Source: a virus (lineage: Duplodnaviria; Caudoviricetes). From it: a stretch of DNA of 61,879 nucleotides. Below the pieces are notes generated by a model. The model was not told the DNA's origin, searched no databases, and saw nothing but the letters and a program-made list of their open reading frames with translations. The stretch is from positions 1-61,879 of IMG/VR virus record IMGVR_UViG_3300046115_000122; one strand, given 5' to 3'. Both the position numbers and the translations under genes were made by a program. Shown here piece after piece: positions 8,256-16,606 of this stretch; the first letter of the stretch is position 1, and every line of letters starts with the position of its first letter.

Positions 8256-8715
8256 AAGCTCCCGTCGATCACTCCTGACCGAAATCTTGCTACCGTTGAG
8301 GTCGTCGACCCGAAACAGGCGCGCTCGGCTCGAAGTACCTCGGGGTGGGGTCTGTGGTGGGGGCCACGGTTCGAGTCGAGCGCTGTCCTGTATTCTGGCA
8401 CGTCCCTTGACGCTCGCGGCAAACCCGCGCTACGCCCCGCTACGACGAATCTCACCCAATCTCATTATTCAATTCTCCTAACAAAAACATCACTTTTGCA
8501 CTTCTGCTTATATCCCCATTGACCCGTCGTTTTCTCGCGTCCTGGTCCATCCTCGCGCGATTTGTTTCTCCTCGTGTTGACCCGCTCCGCCTCGCTCGAG
8601 CGATCAGATCGCTAGTACGCCGCGCAGGCGACGCGCGGTACGCGGGCGCGTAGCGATCGCAAATATATTTCGCGGACGCCGGCAGAAATTATTTCGCGGT
8701 CGATGTTCTTTTTCC

Positions 8716-8770
8716 TTGACCTGGCCGTCTGGTCCACTATCCTTTATTTATGAAACTTGATAACAATCAA
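8716..8770 (+). promoter_or_regulatory. Early promoter cassette, copy 1
   Basis: TTGACC 8716-21, 16-bp spacer, TATCCT 8738-43, ATGAAACTTGATAACAATCAA from 8750. Confidence 0.85.
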
Positions 8771-8784
8771 GATCGGAGGACAGC

Positions 8785-9804
8785 ATGGCTCACAACCTAG
8801 CGACCATCAACGGGAAAGTCGCCATGGCGTACGAAGGCGAGACGCCCTGGCATCACCTCGGCACCCGGATCGAAGGCGACACCGTCCGTAGTATTCCAGC
8901 GGCGATGGCGGCTGCCAGCCTCGACTGGACCGTCGCCCTGCAGCCGGTCTTCACCAAGATCGGCGACACCTACCAGAACATCGACCACCGACGGGCCGTC
9001 GTCCGTGACGGCGACTCCATAGTGCTCGGAGTCGTCTCGCAGTGGTATCACCCCATCCAGAACGCGGAGGCCTTCGGGGTCTTCGCGCCCGCCATGGAAG
9101 AGTTCGGGCTCACGGTCGCCGCGGCCGGCGCCCTCGGCAAGGGCGAGCGTGTGTGGATGCTTTTCAAGCTCCCCACCGTCCTCGCGCCAGTGCCTGGGGA
9201 CGACGTCAACGGCTACGGCCTCGCGATCACTGGCCACGACGGCGCCACGATCGACGAGTTCCGGCCGACGCCGATTCGGGTGGTCTGCCAGAACACGTTG
9301 AACGCCGCGGTCGGTGTCGGCGGCATCAAGGGCCGGATGTTCTCGGTCGCCCACGACGGGCAGGCGAACAAGCGGATCGACGCGGCCCGTGGGATCGTTC
9401 GGAACGTCCTCACCGCGATGCAGCAGACCGGTGAGACGTTCGCGACGATGGCCCGGAAGCGCATGACGCCTGAGCAGGTGGTCGAGTACATCGAGCGCGT
9501 GTTCCCAAACCCGCAAGAGGACAAGGGCAAGGAAGCCTCGAAGCAGCTGCAGGAGAAGCGGCGCCAGGTGGCGGAGCTGGTCTTCCGCGGCAAGGGCGCG
9601 GAGCTGGCGATGTCCGCGACCAACGGTCTCCCGAACCCGTGGGCGGCCTACAACGCGGTGACCGAGTACTTCGACCACGTGAGCACCGGCGAAGCGAAGA
9701 CCGAGAAGGTTCGCATCCAGCGCAGCACGTCGGCGCTCTTCGGCAACAACGACCTCGTTAAGCTGCAGGCGCTGCAGCTGGCGCGCAAGCTGGTGGCCGT
9801 GTAG
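8785..9804 (+). CDS. DUF932/DUF945 family phage/plasmid protein
   Basis: TPWHHLG, LDWTV, TPIRVVCQNTLNAA, WAAYNAVTEYFDH; GGAGG RBS. Confidence 0.9.
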   Translation: MAHNLATINGKVAMAYEGETPWHHLGTRIEGDTVRSIPAAMAAASLDWTVALQPVFTKIGDTYQNIDHRRAVVRDGDSIVLGVVSQWYHPIQNAEAFGVFAPAMEEFGLTVAAAGALGKGERVWMLFKLPTVLAPVPGDDVNGYGLAITGHDGATIDEFRPTPIRVVCQNTLNAAVGVGGIKGRMFSVAHDGQANKRIDAARGIVRNVLTAMQQTGETFATMARKRMTPEQVVEYIERVFPNPQEDKGKEASKQLQEKRRQVAELVFRGKGAELAMSATNGLPNPWAAYNAVTEYFDHVSTGEAKTEKVRIQRSTSALFGNNDLVKLQALQLARKLVAV

Positions 9805-9806
9805 TC

Positions 9807-10139
9807 ATGGTGACCATCACTGACCCCCGTCGTCTGTTGAACGGATTCACCATCGCGGTGGTGCCGTTCCTTAAGTGCTACGTGGGCGGCTGCTACGAGG
9901 AGGCGTCAGTGGGACGCCTCCACCAGCAGTTCGGCCGCGTGGACACGTGCGCCTCCCACGACCCGGCCAAGCACGGGTACGCGCGTCCGTTCGGCGTACC
10001 AGCCCCGATCGCCGAGTTGCCCACCTCTACCATCCCGCCGCTGACCGGAGGCACGCGCGTGCCCCGGCGGCCGATTCAACCGATCATCCCGCCCGCGCCG
10101 GCGGCACTGCCGCTGCCCGGCGCGTTGCGGCCGTTTTAA
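9807..10139 (+). CDS. Hypothetical Pro-rich protein
   Basis: Starts 2 nt after the previous stop. Confidence 0.6.
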   Translation: MVTITDPRRLLNGFTIAVVPFLKCYVGGCYEEASVGRLHQQFGRVDTCASHDPAKHGYARPFGVPAPIAELPTSTIPPLTGGTRVPRRPIQPIIPPAPAALPLPGALRPF

Positions 10140-10153
10140 GAGGGAGAGATGTC

Positions 10154-10663
10154 ATGGGCTACACACATTACTGGGAACGGCCAGAAGAACTAGATCGCGC
10201 GGCGTTCGCGGCGTTCGCCTCGGACTGCCGCCGGATCTTCACGGTGGCTGATGCGCAGGGACTGGCGCTCGCTGACGGGGTCGGCCAAGGCGCACCGCAC
10301 GCGACAGAGGACAGTGTCGTCTTCAACGGCGCCGCGCCGGACGACCACGAGACGTTCGCGGTGGACAGGCTGGCACCCAAGCAGCTCTGGCGGGAGGGTC
10401 CGCTGACATTCACGTTCTGCAAGACGCGTCTCAAACGGTACGACACCGCTGTGACGGCGGTCCTGATCGCGGTGAAGCGCCACTTCCCGATGGCGCGTGT
10501 GAGTTCTGACGGCGATGACGGCTGCTGGGACGCGGGCCGGGCGCTCTGCCAGACCGCTTGCGGCTACGGCGACCGTTTCCACATCACGTACGTCGGCGAT
10601 GACGAAGTACTCGTCGAACAACCTCTTGACATGGCTAGTGGGTCCATTACACTCCCATCATGA
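10154..10663 (+). CDS. Conserved phage hypothetical protein (MGYTHYW type)
   Basis: GGGAG RBS; MGYTHYW...HETF...FCKT..K.YD...VSSDG. Confidence 0.75.
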   Translation: MGYTHYWERPEELDRAAFAAFASDCRRIFTVADAQGLALADGVGQGAPHATEDSVVFNGAAPDDHETFAVDRLAPKQLWREGPLTFTFCKTRLKRYDTAVTAVLIAVKRHFPMARVSSDGDDGCWDAGRALCQTACGYGDRFHITYVGDDEVLVEQPLDMASGSITLPS

Positions 10664-10680
10664 AACTTATCCAGAATCAA
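10626..10680 (+). promoter_or_regulatory. Early promoter cassette, copy 2
   Basis: TTGACA 10626-31, 16 bp, TACACT 10648-53, ATGAAACTTATCCAGAATCAA from 10660. Confidence 0.9.
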
Positions 10681-10830
10681 ACGGACGACGTGGAAATCGA
10701 GGTCACCGATGACCCGCAACAAGAACCAGAGGACCCCCAGCAGGGCGACGTCCCCTGCTGGGGCTGCGGATGCGTCCCCGGCCTCGCCGGTTGCGCTTGT
10801 GACGACTTCGGCTGGAAGGACGACGGTTAA
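10660..10830 (+). CDS. Predicted leaderless 56-aa acidic Cys-rich protein (absent from the ORF track)
   Basis: MKLIQNQTDDVEIEVTDDPQQEPEDPQQGDVPCWGCGCVPGLAGCACDDFGWKDDG; ATG at predicted +1. Confidence 0.65.
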   Translation: MKLIQNQTDDVEIEVTDDPQQEPEDPQQGDVPCWGCGCVPGLAGCACDDFGWKDDG

Positions 10831-10849
10831 CACGCTCGCCGACAACCCG

Positions 10850-11047
10850 GTGCTGCGGGCGCTGGCGCACCCGTGCTGGCGGAAGACGAAGCACGACAGT
10901 CGCGGAAAAGCGGAAGCAGCCATGCGCGGGCTGCTCAATCGGACGGAGCGGCTCCGCGACGGCGACAGCCTGTGCGTCTATCGCTGTAAGTGGTGCGCGC
11001 ATTTTCACGTTGGCCACGACCGCGGGCAGAAAGGAGCGCGGCGATGA
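10850..11047 (+). CDS. Small Zn-ribbon-like protein (start uncertain)
   Basis: C.RK...A.........VYRCKWCAHFHVGH. Confidence 0.55.
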   Translation: MLRALAHPCWRKTKHDSRGKAEAAMRGLLNRTERLRDGDSLCVYRCKWCAHFHVGHDRGQKGARR

Positions 11048-11316
11048 AAGCGATTCTCGACAAGCAGGTCGCCACCGTCGAAGAAACGTGCGGCGACTAC
11101 ATCGTGCTCAGGACCGAGCCGTGGGCGACGACGATGGTTCATCTGTCGCACCGGGACCTCGTCATCGACCCGACGGACGAGCAGATCGCCACGGTCGAGC
11201 GCGGTGAAGACCTGCCGCGGTGCGTGGAATGTGAATCGTTGGGCTGCAACTGCGCGGAGATCGCCGCGCTGATGGACGAGTCCGGCATCACGAAGAAAAA
11301 GGACAAGGAGAGCTGA
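11044..11316 (+). CDS. Hypothetical protein
   Basis: AAGGAG RBS, ATGA overlap. Confidence 0.7.
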   Translation: MKAILDKQVATVEETCGDYIVLRTEPWATTMVHLSHRDLVIDPTDEQIATVERGEDLPRCVECESLGCNCAEIAALMDESGITKKKDKES

Positions 11317-11356
11317 CATGACCAAACCCACCATCCACAATCAAACGGAGGCGACG

Positions 11357-11587
11357 ATGAGCACCATGAAGCCGGCGGATGTCAGAGTCGACGACAAACC
11401 CTACTACCGCGAATACCGCAAGACCCCGCGCGGCAGCGGCGGCTGGGCGTTCTGCACGGTCAGCCCGAATCGCGCGGACTACCTGGACCACATGCTCTGG
11501 GAGCGCGGCGCCTACGGCGCGGCGAAGCGGGCCGCCAAGCTGCGCGCCGCTGGCCTCAACGTCTCGGTTCTTTACGTCTGCAGCTAG
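11357..11587 (+). CDS. Hypothetical protein (alternative start 11318)
   Basis: GGAGG RBS; PRGSGGWAF motif. Confidence 0.65.
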   Translation: MSTMKPADVRVDDKPYYREYRKTPRGSGGWAFCTVSPNRADYLDHMLWERGAYGAAKRAAKLRAAGLNVSVLYVCS

Positions 11588-11596
11588 GAGTTGGCG

Positions 11597-11791
11597 ATGA
11601 CGAAGTTCTACCAGTTGGCCAGCGACTACAACCTGAAGTGCCAACGCCTCTTCATCGAGGACGGCATTTACTGGAAGGACCTCGGGACAGTCGATGGCGA
11701 CGCCGAATTTCGCGAGCGCGACGTGCGTGAGCGCCTCGCCAACTACGCGGTGGCCTACAAACTCGGCGACGTGACTTGGATTCGGAAGTAG
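11597..11791 (+). CDS. Hypothetical protein
   Basis: AGGAG RBS. Confidence 0.65.
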   Translation: MTKFYQLASDYNLKCQRLFIEDGIYWKDLGTVDGDAEFRERDVRERLANYAVAYKLGDVTWIRK

Positions 11792-11800
11792 GAGGGCGCC

Positions 11801-12133
11801 ATGACGAAACAGCGCGAAATCGACATCCTCGACGCCACCATCAAGTCGCTCGGTCCCGACTCCTACCTCGGCCCGTGGCTGAAAGAGTCGCGGCCGTCGC
11901 TCGTGGCGGACATCAGCAACGACTTCCCGGTGGTCTGCCAGATGCCCGGCGCGGCCAGGGCGGAGGCGCTCGACATTATCCAGGGGGCCGAGACGCGCGC
12001 CCGTGCGATTCGCGAGGACGCCGAGAAGCAGGCGCGCGACGTCGTCGAGAAGGCCTACGCGCAGGCGGCCGACATCCGGCGGAAAGCGCGCTGGGCGGTC
12101 GAGCGACTGGCCGAGCAGTTGACGGAGCGGTGA
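11801..12133 (+). CDS. Coiled-coil hypothetical protein
   Basis: AGGAGG RBS; EA..II..AE..A repeats. Confidence 0.7.
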   Translation: MTKQREIDILDATIKSLGPDSYLGPWLKESRPSLVADISNDFPVVCQMPGAARAEALDIIQGAETRARAIREDAEKQARDVVEKAYAQAADIRRKARWAVERLAEQLTER

Positions 12134-12249
12134 GAGCGGCCCGAGCGGGTCGCGAACGGAAAGGCGGCTACTGAGTCCGCCAACATCCAGCGTAGACGGG
12201 ACGGCCGAGCGATTTGCAGCCGTCCCTCTTTCCTCAGCAGGAGGTAGAC

Positions 12250-12639
12250 ATGGCCGAGTCCGCGATGCCTGACCACTACGACCGACTCCTCGGCGCCCTC
12301 GACGGGCTGCCGGGCGTGCTGGCCACCGAGCCATCCACGATCGAGATCATCACCCCACTCCTGGGCACGAGTCAGACGTTCATCGTCCGCACCGTGCGCC
12401 AGCAGGATCGCGTGGAGCGCGACGGCAAGGAAACCGCGCTGCCCGCGAAGTTCACCGTGTTCCTGAAGTTCGACTCGGTCCACGGGCTCATCAAGGTCGC
12501 GTTGCCGCCGAAGGTCGCGGACCTGATCGCACGGCAGCGGGACGCGCTCACCACGCGGGCGAACAAACGAACAGCCAGGCGGGCGGCCGAAACGCGCAAG
12601 GAGCGCGGGTACGTCCCGACGTTCACGAAGAAGAAGTAG
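12250..12639 (+). CDS. Hypothetical protein with basic C-terminus
   Basis: AGGAGGT RBS, ATG at 12250. Confidence 0.7.
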   Translation: MAESAMPDHYDRLLGALDGLPGVLATEPSTIEIITPLLGTSQTFIVRTVRQQDRVERDGKETALPAKFTVFLKFDSVHGLIKVALPPKVADLIARQRDALTTRANKRTARRAAETRKERGYVPTFTKKK

Positions 12640-12674
12640 AGCGTTCCAACAATAGACACCAGAGGAGAACGACG

Positions 12675-12968
12675 ATGACTGTGAAGATTATTCCGAACGA
12701 CAACGGCAACCCTCCAGGGAAAGTCGCGGACGCCGAGCTGCACTTCGAGGACGGTCCGCTCGCAGGGCTCAAGCTGGTTGGCTTCTGCGTCTGGGAGCGG
12801 AGGGCGGGTGCAGGCCTCAACGTCACCTTCCCGGCCAGGGCGTACTCGATCAACGGTGAGCGGCGGTCGTTCGCGCTGCTCCGTCCGATCGTCGACCAAG
12901 CGGCGGCGGACCGCATCAGGGATCTGATCGTTGATGCGTATCTGCGAGAGAAGGCCGCGGCGGCGTAA
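12675..12968 (+). CDS. SpoVG-like nucleic-acid-binding protein
   Basis: Beta-rich N-half (GKVADAELHF, LKLVGF.VW, NVTFPAR..GERRSF..RPI) plus C-terminal helix ending ..DAY, as in SpoVG. Confidence 0.55.
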   Translation: MTVKIIPNDNGNPPGKVADAELHFEDGPLAGLKLVGFCVWERRAGAGLNVTFPARAYSINGERRSFALLRPIVDQAAADRIRDLIVDAYLREKAAAA

Positions 12969-13034
12969 GCCGAAACCGGGCTTCGGCCCGGTTGTCACGG
13001 GCTCGGCTCCCGTGGCCTGACGATGGCAGCCGAG
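12969..13034 (+). ncRNA. Type II hammerhead ribozyme with pseudoknot
   Basis: GCC-GAAA-stem III (CCGGGC UUCG GCCCGG)-UU-stem I (GUCACGGG/CCCGUGGC)-CUGACGA-U-GGC; loop I CUCGGCU complements AGCCGAG (13028-34). Confidence 0.88.
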
Positions 13035-13048
13035 AAGGGAAGTGGGAG

Positions 13049-13966
13049 ATGGCGATCGCATTGAAGAAAGACCCGCTGTTCGAGCAATACAAGCGCACCT
13101 CGCGCGTCGGCGACATCGAGTTCTGGCTCAGGGCTCAGGGCTCGAGGATGACGCCGCAGACAAAAGCCGACTTCGAGCAACTGCTCGTCACGGCCAGGGT
13201 CGACCTGGAGAAGAACCGGATGCCGACTGGCGCGACGCTCCAGCGCTACATCGTCCTCACCCAGCGACACTGGTCGGAGCGGCCGATGGCGGAGCGACGT
13301 CGGACGCACATGCCGGAGTTCGCGAAGGTCGACGCGACCTTTCGTGACCTCACGACACGTCTCACGACCGAGGTCACCGAAGGCCTCAACAGTCAAGCGG
13401 CGACGGCGACGGTCCACGACTGGACGGTGACGCTGGCGCAGGTGAATCCCGAGGAGACGCGGCGGTTCTCGAAGTGGCTGGTGACAGCCACGAAGCGCAC
13501 CGGACTCCCGCCCGAGGTCTGCGAGCTGGACGAGAAGCACGACAAGACCGAGGCCGTGCTGGCTGCGGTCCGATTCCTGGAGCACCGGCTCCACGACCTG
13601 TTCCGCGAGTTGTCGGTGAGCGCGTCGGCCGACACGTTCGCGCCGGCGTTGGTGCCAGCCGAACCGGAGCCAGACCAGATCGCCGCGTGGGAGGCCGATG
13701 GCGGCGCACCAGAGCCAGAGGCGCCGCTGGTCATCAGCTACGGCTCGGCGGTCGTCCACCACACCACGACACCTTCGCCCGTTGTCAGCGAGGCGCCAGC
13801 GCCCGCCGGTCGCCTCCTGCAATGGCGCTACGCCTGGACCATCAAGGGCGAGCGCGCGGAAGGGGAGATCGCGGCGGCCAGCGAGGCGGCGGCCAGGCTC
13901 GCCATCCGTCAGCAGTTCGGATTCAAGTGGTTGCCCGACCGGACCACGATCGTGCGTGCGTCGTAG
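13049..13966 (+). CDS. Hypothetical protein
   Basis: GGGAG RBS just after the ribozyme; ATG at 13049. Confidence 0.7.
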   Translation: MAIALKKDPLFEQYKRTSRVGDIEFWLRAQGSRMTPQTKADFEQLLVTARVDLEKNRMPTGATLQRYIVLTQRHWSERPMAERRRTHMPEFAKVDATFRDLTTRLTTEVTEGLNSQAATATVHDWTVTLAQVNPEETRRFSKWLVTATKRTGLPPEVCELDEKHDKTEAVLAAVRFLEHRLHDLFRELSVSASADTFAPALVPAEPEPDQIAAWEADGGAPEPEAPLVISYGSAVVHHTTTPSPVVSEAPAPAGRLLQWRYAWTIKGERAEGEIAAASEAAARLAIRQQFGFKWLPDRTTIVRAS

Positions 13967-14016
13967 GTGCTGCGTGGAGCGCATGAAAATAAATTGTGCG
14001 CTCCACCGCAAACCTC

Positions 14017-14071
14017 TTGACACAGCTGGCTGGTCCTTTACACTTCTTACATGAAACTTATCAACAATCAA
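14017..14071 (+). promoter_or_regulatory. Early promoter cassette, copy 3
   Basis: TTGACA 14017-22, 16 bp, TACACT 14039-44, ATGAAACTTATCAACAATCAA from 14051. Confidence 0.9.
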
Positions 14072-14254
14072 GTGACGGAAGTAACGGAAATGCTGAAACG
14101 CGCCATCGACGCGGCCATCGCCTATGACGCGCTGCCGGTGCGTTATGTGCGCTGCCCGCGCAATGGGTGGGCGGGCTACAAGGGCTGTCGGCGCATTACG
14201 AAGTTCCACTTCTCGGAAGCTGCCGCGAAACTCGAGCTGGGCTACACCACGTAG
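14051..14254 (+). CDS. Predicted leaderless hypothetical protein (MKLINNQ...)
   Basis: ATG 7 nt after the last -10 base; no SD. Confidence 0.65.
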   Translation: MKLINNQVTEVTEMLKRAIDAAIAYDALPVRYVRCPRNGWAGYKGCRRITKFHFSEAAAKLELGYTT

Positions 14255-14264
14255 GAGGCTTGTC

Positions 14265-15368
14265 ATGACACTGGTGCGAGAGTTCCAGAGCAAATCGGAT
14301 CCCGGAAGGAAGTATAAAGTCACACGGAACCCGGCGACGGGAACCTACTGGTGCACGTGCTGGCCGTGCAAGCGGAACCACACGTGCCCCCACATTGAGA
14401 CGGTGCAGGCGGAGGCGGGCACGCAGTATCTGCCGGACCCCCACCGAGGCCCGCGCGAAGTGGGCGGCTGCGTGGTCGTGGCCTCGTCGCCGGCGCCAGT
14501 GGTTGTGCGCCAGGCCGCGGCGTCCGCGAGCGCGCTGGGCTGGACGAAGCCGATGCTGGCCAGCGCGATGAAGCCAGGCACGACCATCGCGGCGTACGAG
14601 GACGACGCGTTCGTGCTGCAGGAGAAGAAGGACGGCGACCGGGTGCTGGTCCGCAAGCAGGGGGACGCGGCGCAGGCGTGGAGCCGCCCGAAGGCCGGCA
14701 AGGAACCGCTCGCACGGATGCTCCCGCCGGACATCTTGGCCGCCGTGCTGGAACTGCCAGACGGGCTCTACGACGGCGAGTTGATGCTCCCGGGCACGAC
14801 CTGCCGGACGGACGCGCCGCGCGGCTACTTCCTGTTCGACCTCCTCGAACTGCTCGGGGAGAACCTGCACGGCAAGCCGTTCAGCGAGCGCCACGATCTC
14901 CTCACCCTCGCGGTTGCCCACCACACGGTCGCACGGACCGCGCAGGACGGATCGGTCGAGGGACCCATCCTCCTCATCGTCCCGCCGCTCGAGCCCGTGA
15001 GTATGGATGCCATCGAGCGCCTGTGGGCGGCTGGCAAAGAGGGCGCCGTGTTGAAGAGGCTCGAATCAACCTATCAACCAGGACACCGAACCGCGGACTG
15101 GATCAAAGTCAAAAAATCAGCCGTCGACGTTTTGACCATCGTCGGTTTCAAAGCCGGGAAGCTCGGCCCGTACGCCGTCGCCGAATTGAGATCAGATGAC
15201 GGCCGAGAGACGCGCGTCACCACAAAGGACGGGGCCACAATGCGCGACGTTGCAAAAGACCCCAGTCGTTACATCGGCCGTCGGCTCGTCATTGCTTACA
15301 CCGAGAAAACCGAGAGCGGTTCATGGCGTCACGCAGGTTGGGATCATGTGCTCGGAGTTGGCGAATGA
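14265..15368 (+). CDS. ATP-dependent DNA ligase with N-terminal SWIM-type Zn finger
   Basis: KPMLA, motif I EKKDGDR, DGEL, FDLL, EGAVLK, WIKVK; N-terminal WCTC...TCPHI; AGGAGG RBS. Confidence 0.9.
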   Translation: MTLVREFQSKSDPGRKYKVTRNPATGTYWCTCWPCKRNHTCPHIETVQAEAGTQYLPDPHRGPREVGGCVVVASSPAPVVVRQAAASASALGWTKPMLASAMKPGTTIAAYEDDAFVLQEKKDGDRVLVRKQGDAAQAWSRPKAGKEPLARMLPPDILAAVLELPDGLYDGELMLPGTTCRTDAPRGYFLFDLLELLGENLHGKPFSERHDLLTLAVAHHTVARTAQDGSVEGPILLIVPPLEPVSMDAIERLWAAGKEGAVLKRLESTYQPGHRTADWIKVKKSAVDVLTIVGFKAGKLGPYAVAELRSDDGRETRVTTKDGATMRDVAKDPSRYIGRRLVIAYTEKTESGSWRHAGWDHVLGVGE

Positions 15369-15973
15369 GGGCCTTTCAACTAGCCGGAGAGCGATTCGGC
15401 AGGCTTGTGGCGACAACGCTGGCAGGCAAAGACCGCTTCGGGCTCCTGCTCTGGAAATGTCAGTGCGATTGCGGCGCGACGACCATCGTGCCAGGCCGGG
15501 ATCTAGTTCGTGGGCGCACTAAGAGTTGCGGTTGCCTCTCGGCTGATGTCACCAGGGCTCGGAATCGTCGACACGGCCTACGCCGTCTGCCGGAGTATGA
15601 AATCTGGAAGGCGATGAAGCAGCGGTGCGGGAATCCTCGCAGCAAGGATTTTCCTGATTACGGCGGCCGAGGAATATCGGTCAGCGAGCCATGGCGTCGC
15701 AGTTTCGCAGTGTTCTACGCCGACATGGGACCGAGGCCGCCGGGCGCGCTTCTAGACAGACGCGATAACGAAGCTGGTTACTCCAAAGAGAACTGTCGGT
15801 GGGCGACGGCGACCCAGTCCGTAGCCAACAGGCGGCCTAAGACGCATTGCAAGAACGGTCACGCATTCACTCCTGAGAACACCAAAACCTACGCCGACGG
15901 GCGGCGGTCCTGCTGGACCTGCCTGCTCGCCTATCACCGTCGCTGGCAGCGACAACGAAAGGAACGGTCATGA
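15365..15973 (+). CDS. HNH-type homing endonuclease-like protein
   Basis: GERFGRL, WKCQCDCG, KSCGC, MKQRC.NP, YGGRGI, LDRRDN..GY..ENCRWAT, KTHCKNGH. Confidence 0.85.
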   Translation: MRAFQLAGERFGRLVATTLAGKDRFGLLLWKCQCDCGATTIVPGRDLVRGRTKSCGCLSADVTRARNRRHGLRRLPEYEIWKAMKQRCGNPRSKDFPDYGGRGISVSEPWRRSFAVFYADMGPRPPGALLDRRDNEAGYSKENCRWATATQSVANRRPKTHCKNGHAFTPENTKTYADGRRSCWTCLLAYHRRWQRQRKERS

Positions 15974-16052
15974 CGACACGGTATCGACTCTATCGGTTGT
16001 GCGGCTGGCACCCGCTCACGGCGGCGTTCTGGTCTGCGTGTGGAGGTGAGTG

Positions 16053-16322
16053 ATGAATGTTTGGATTGCGTACGCGGAGCACGGCGCGGTGCACCAGGAC
16101 CGCGTTGACATCGGGGTCTACACTACGGAGGCGGCGGCGCAAGTCGCGGCGGACAAGGCCCTGCGCGACGCCATCGAGGAGGGCCAGATCCCCTACTACC
16201 ATCCCGACACGCACGAGGAAGAGGCGGACTGGGACATCGACACGGGGGTTGATGGCCCCTTCAATCTCGACGACGCTGTTGAAGGCGACAGCGACCGCCA
16301 GGCGAAGGAGGTGCGACCATGA
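16053..16322 (+). CDS. Acidic hypothetical protein
   Basis: GGAGGT RBS. Confidence 0.7.
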   Translation: MNVWIAYAEHGAVHQDRVDIGVYTTEAAAQVAADKALRDAIEEGQIPYYHPDTHEEEADWDIDTGVDGPFNLDDAVEGDSDRQAKEVRP

Positions 16323-16567
16323 AGAACAACACTATCACCCTTCCTGGCGGTATTGAGGCTGTGCCGCACAACCTCAAGTGTCACATCCCTGGTTGCCGTC
16401 GTCGGAAGCATGGGTATCTCACGGTCGATCGCTCTAACCTTGGTGGTGGAGCGTTCTACGACAAGAGCGGACGCCTGCTCGCGGATCTCCGTGAGCGTCA
16501 CTTCGTCTGTTCCGAGCACGGCATTGCCGACGGCTCAGCGCCGTTCCTGATCGAGGATAGAGGCTGA
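16319..16567 (+). CDS. Hypothetical protein
   Basis: AGGAGG RBS, ATGA overlap. Confidence 0.65.
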   Translation: MKNNTITLPGGIEAVPHNLKCHIPGCRRRKHGYLTVDRSNLGGGAFYDKSGRLLADLRERHFVCSEHGIADGSAPFLIEDRG

Positions 16568-16570
16568 GGC

Positions 16571-16599
16571 TTGCAGGATTGATTGTTGAGATGTATCGT
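16571..16599 (+). promoter_or_regulatory. Putative regulator promoter with an inverted AACAATCAA box
   Basis: TTGCAG-17 bp-TATCGT; TTGATTGTTGA (16579-89) is the reverse complement of TCAACAATCAA. Confidence 0.6.
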
Positions 16600-16606
16600 G
16601 CGCCGC

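Noticed and set aside
8368-8377. GGTTCGAGTC resembling a tRNA T-loop
   Set aside because: No cloverleaf can be built; it is one arm of a long inverted repeat.
10709-10849. N-terminal part of the 112-aa ORF in the track
   Set aside because: Low-complexity and overlapping the better-placed leaderless ORF 10660-10830.
12974-12993. cUUCGg hairpin as an intrinsic terminator
   Set aside because: No U-tract; better explained as hammerhead stem III.
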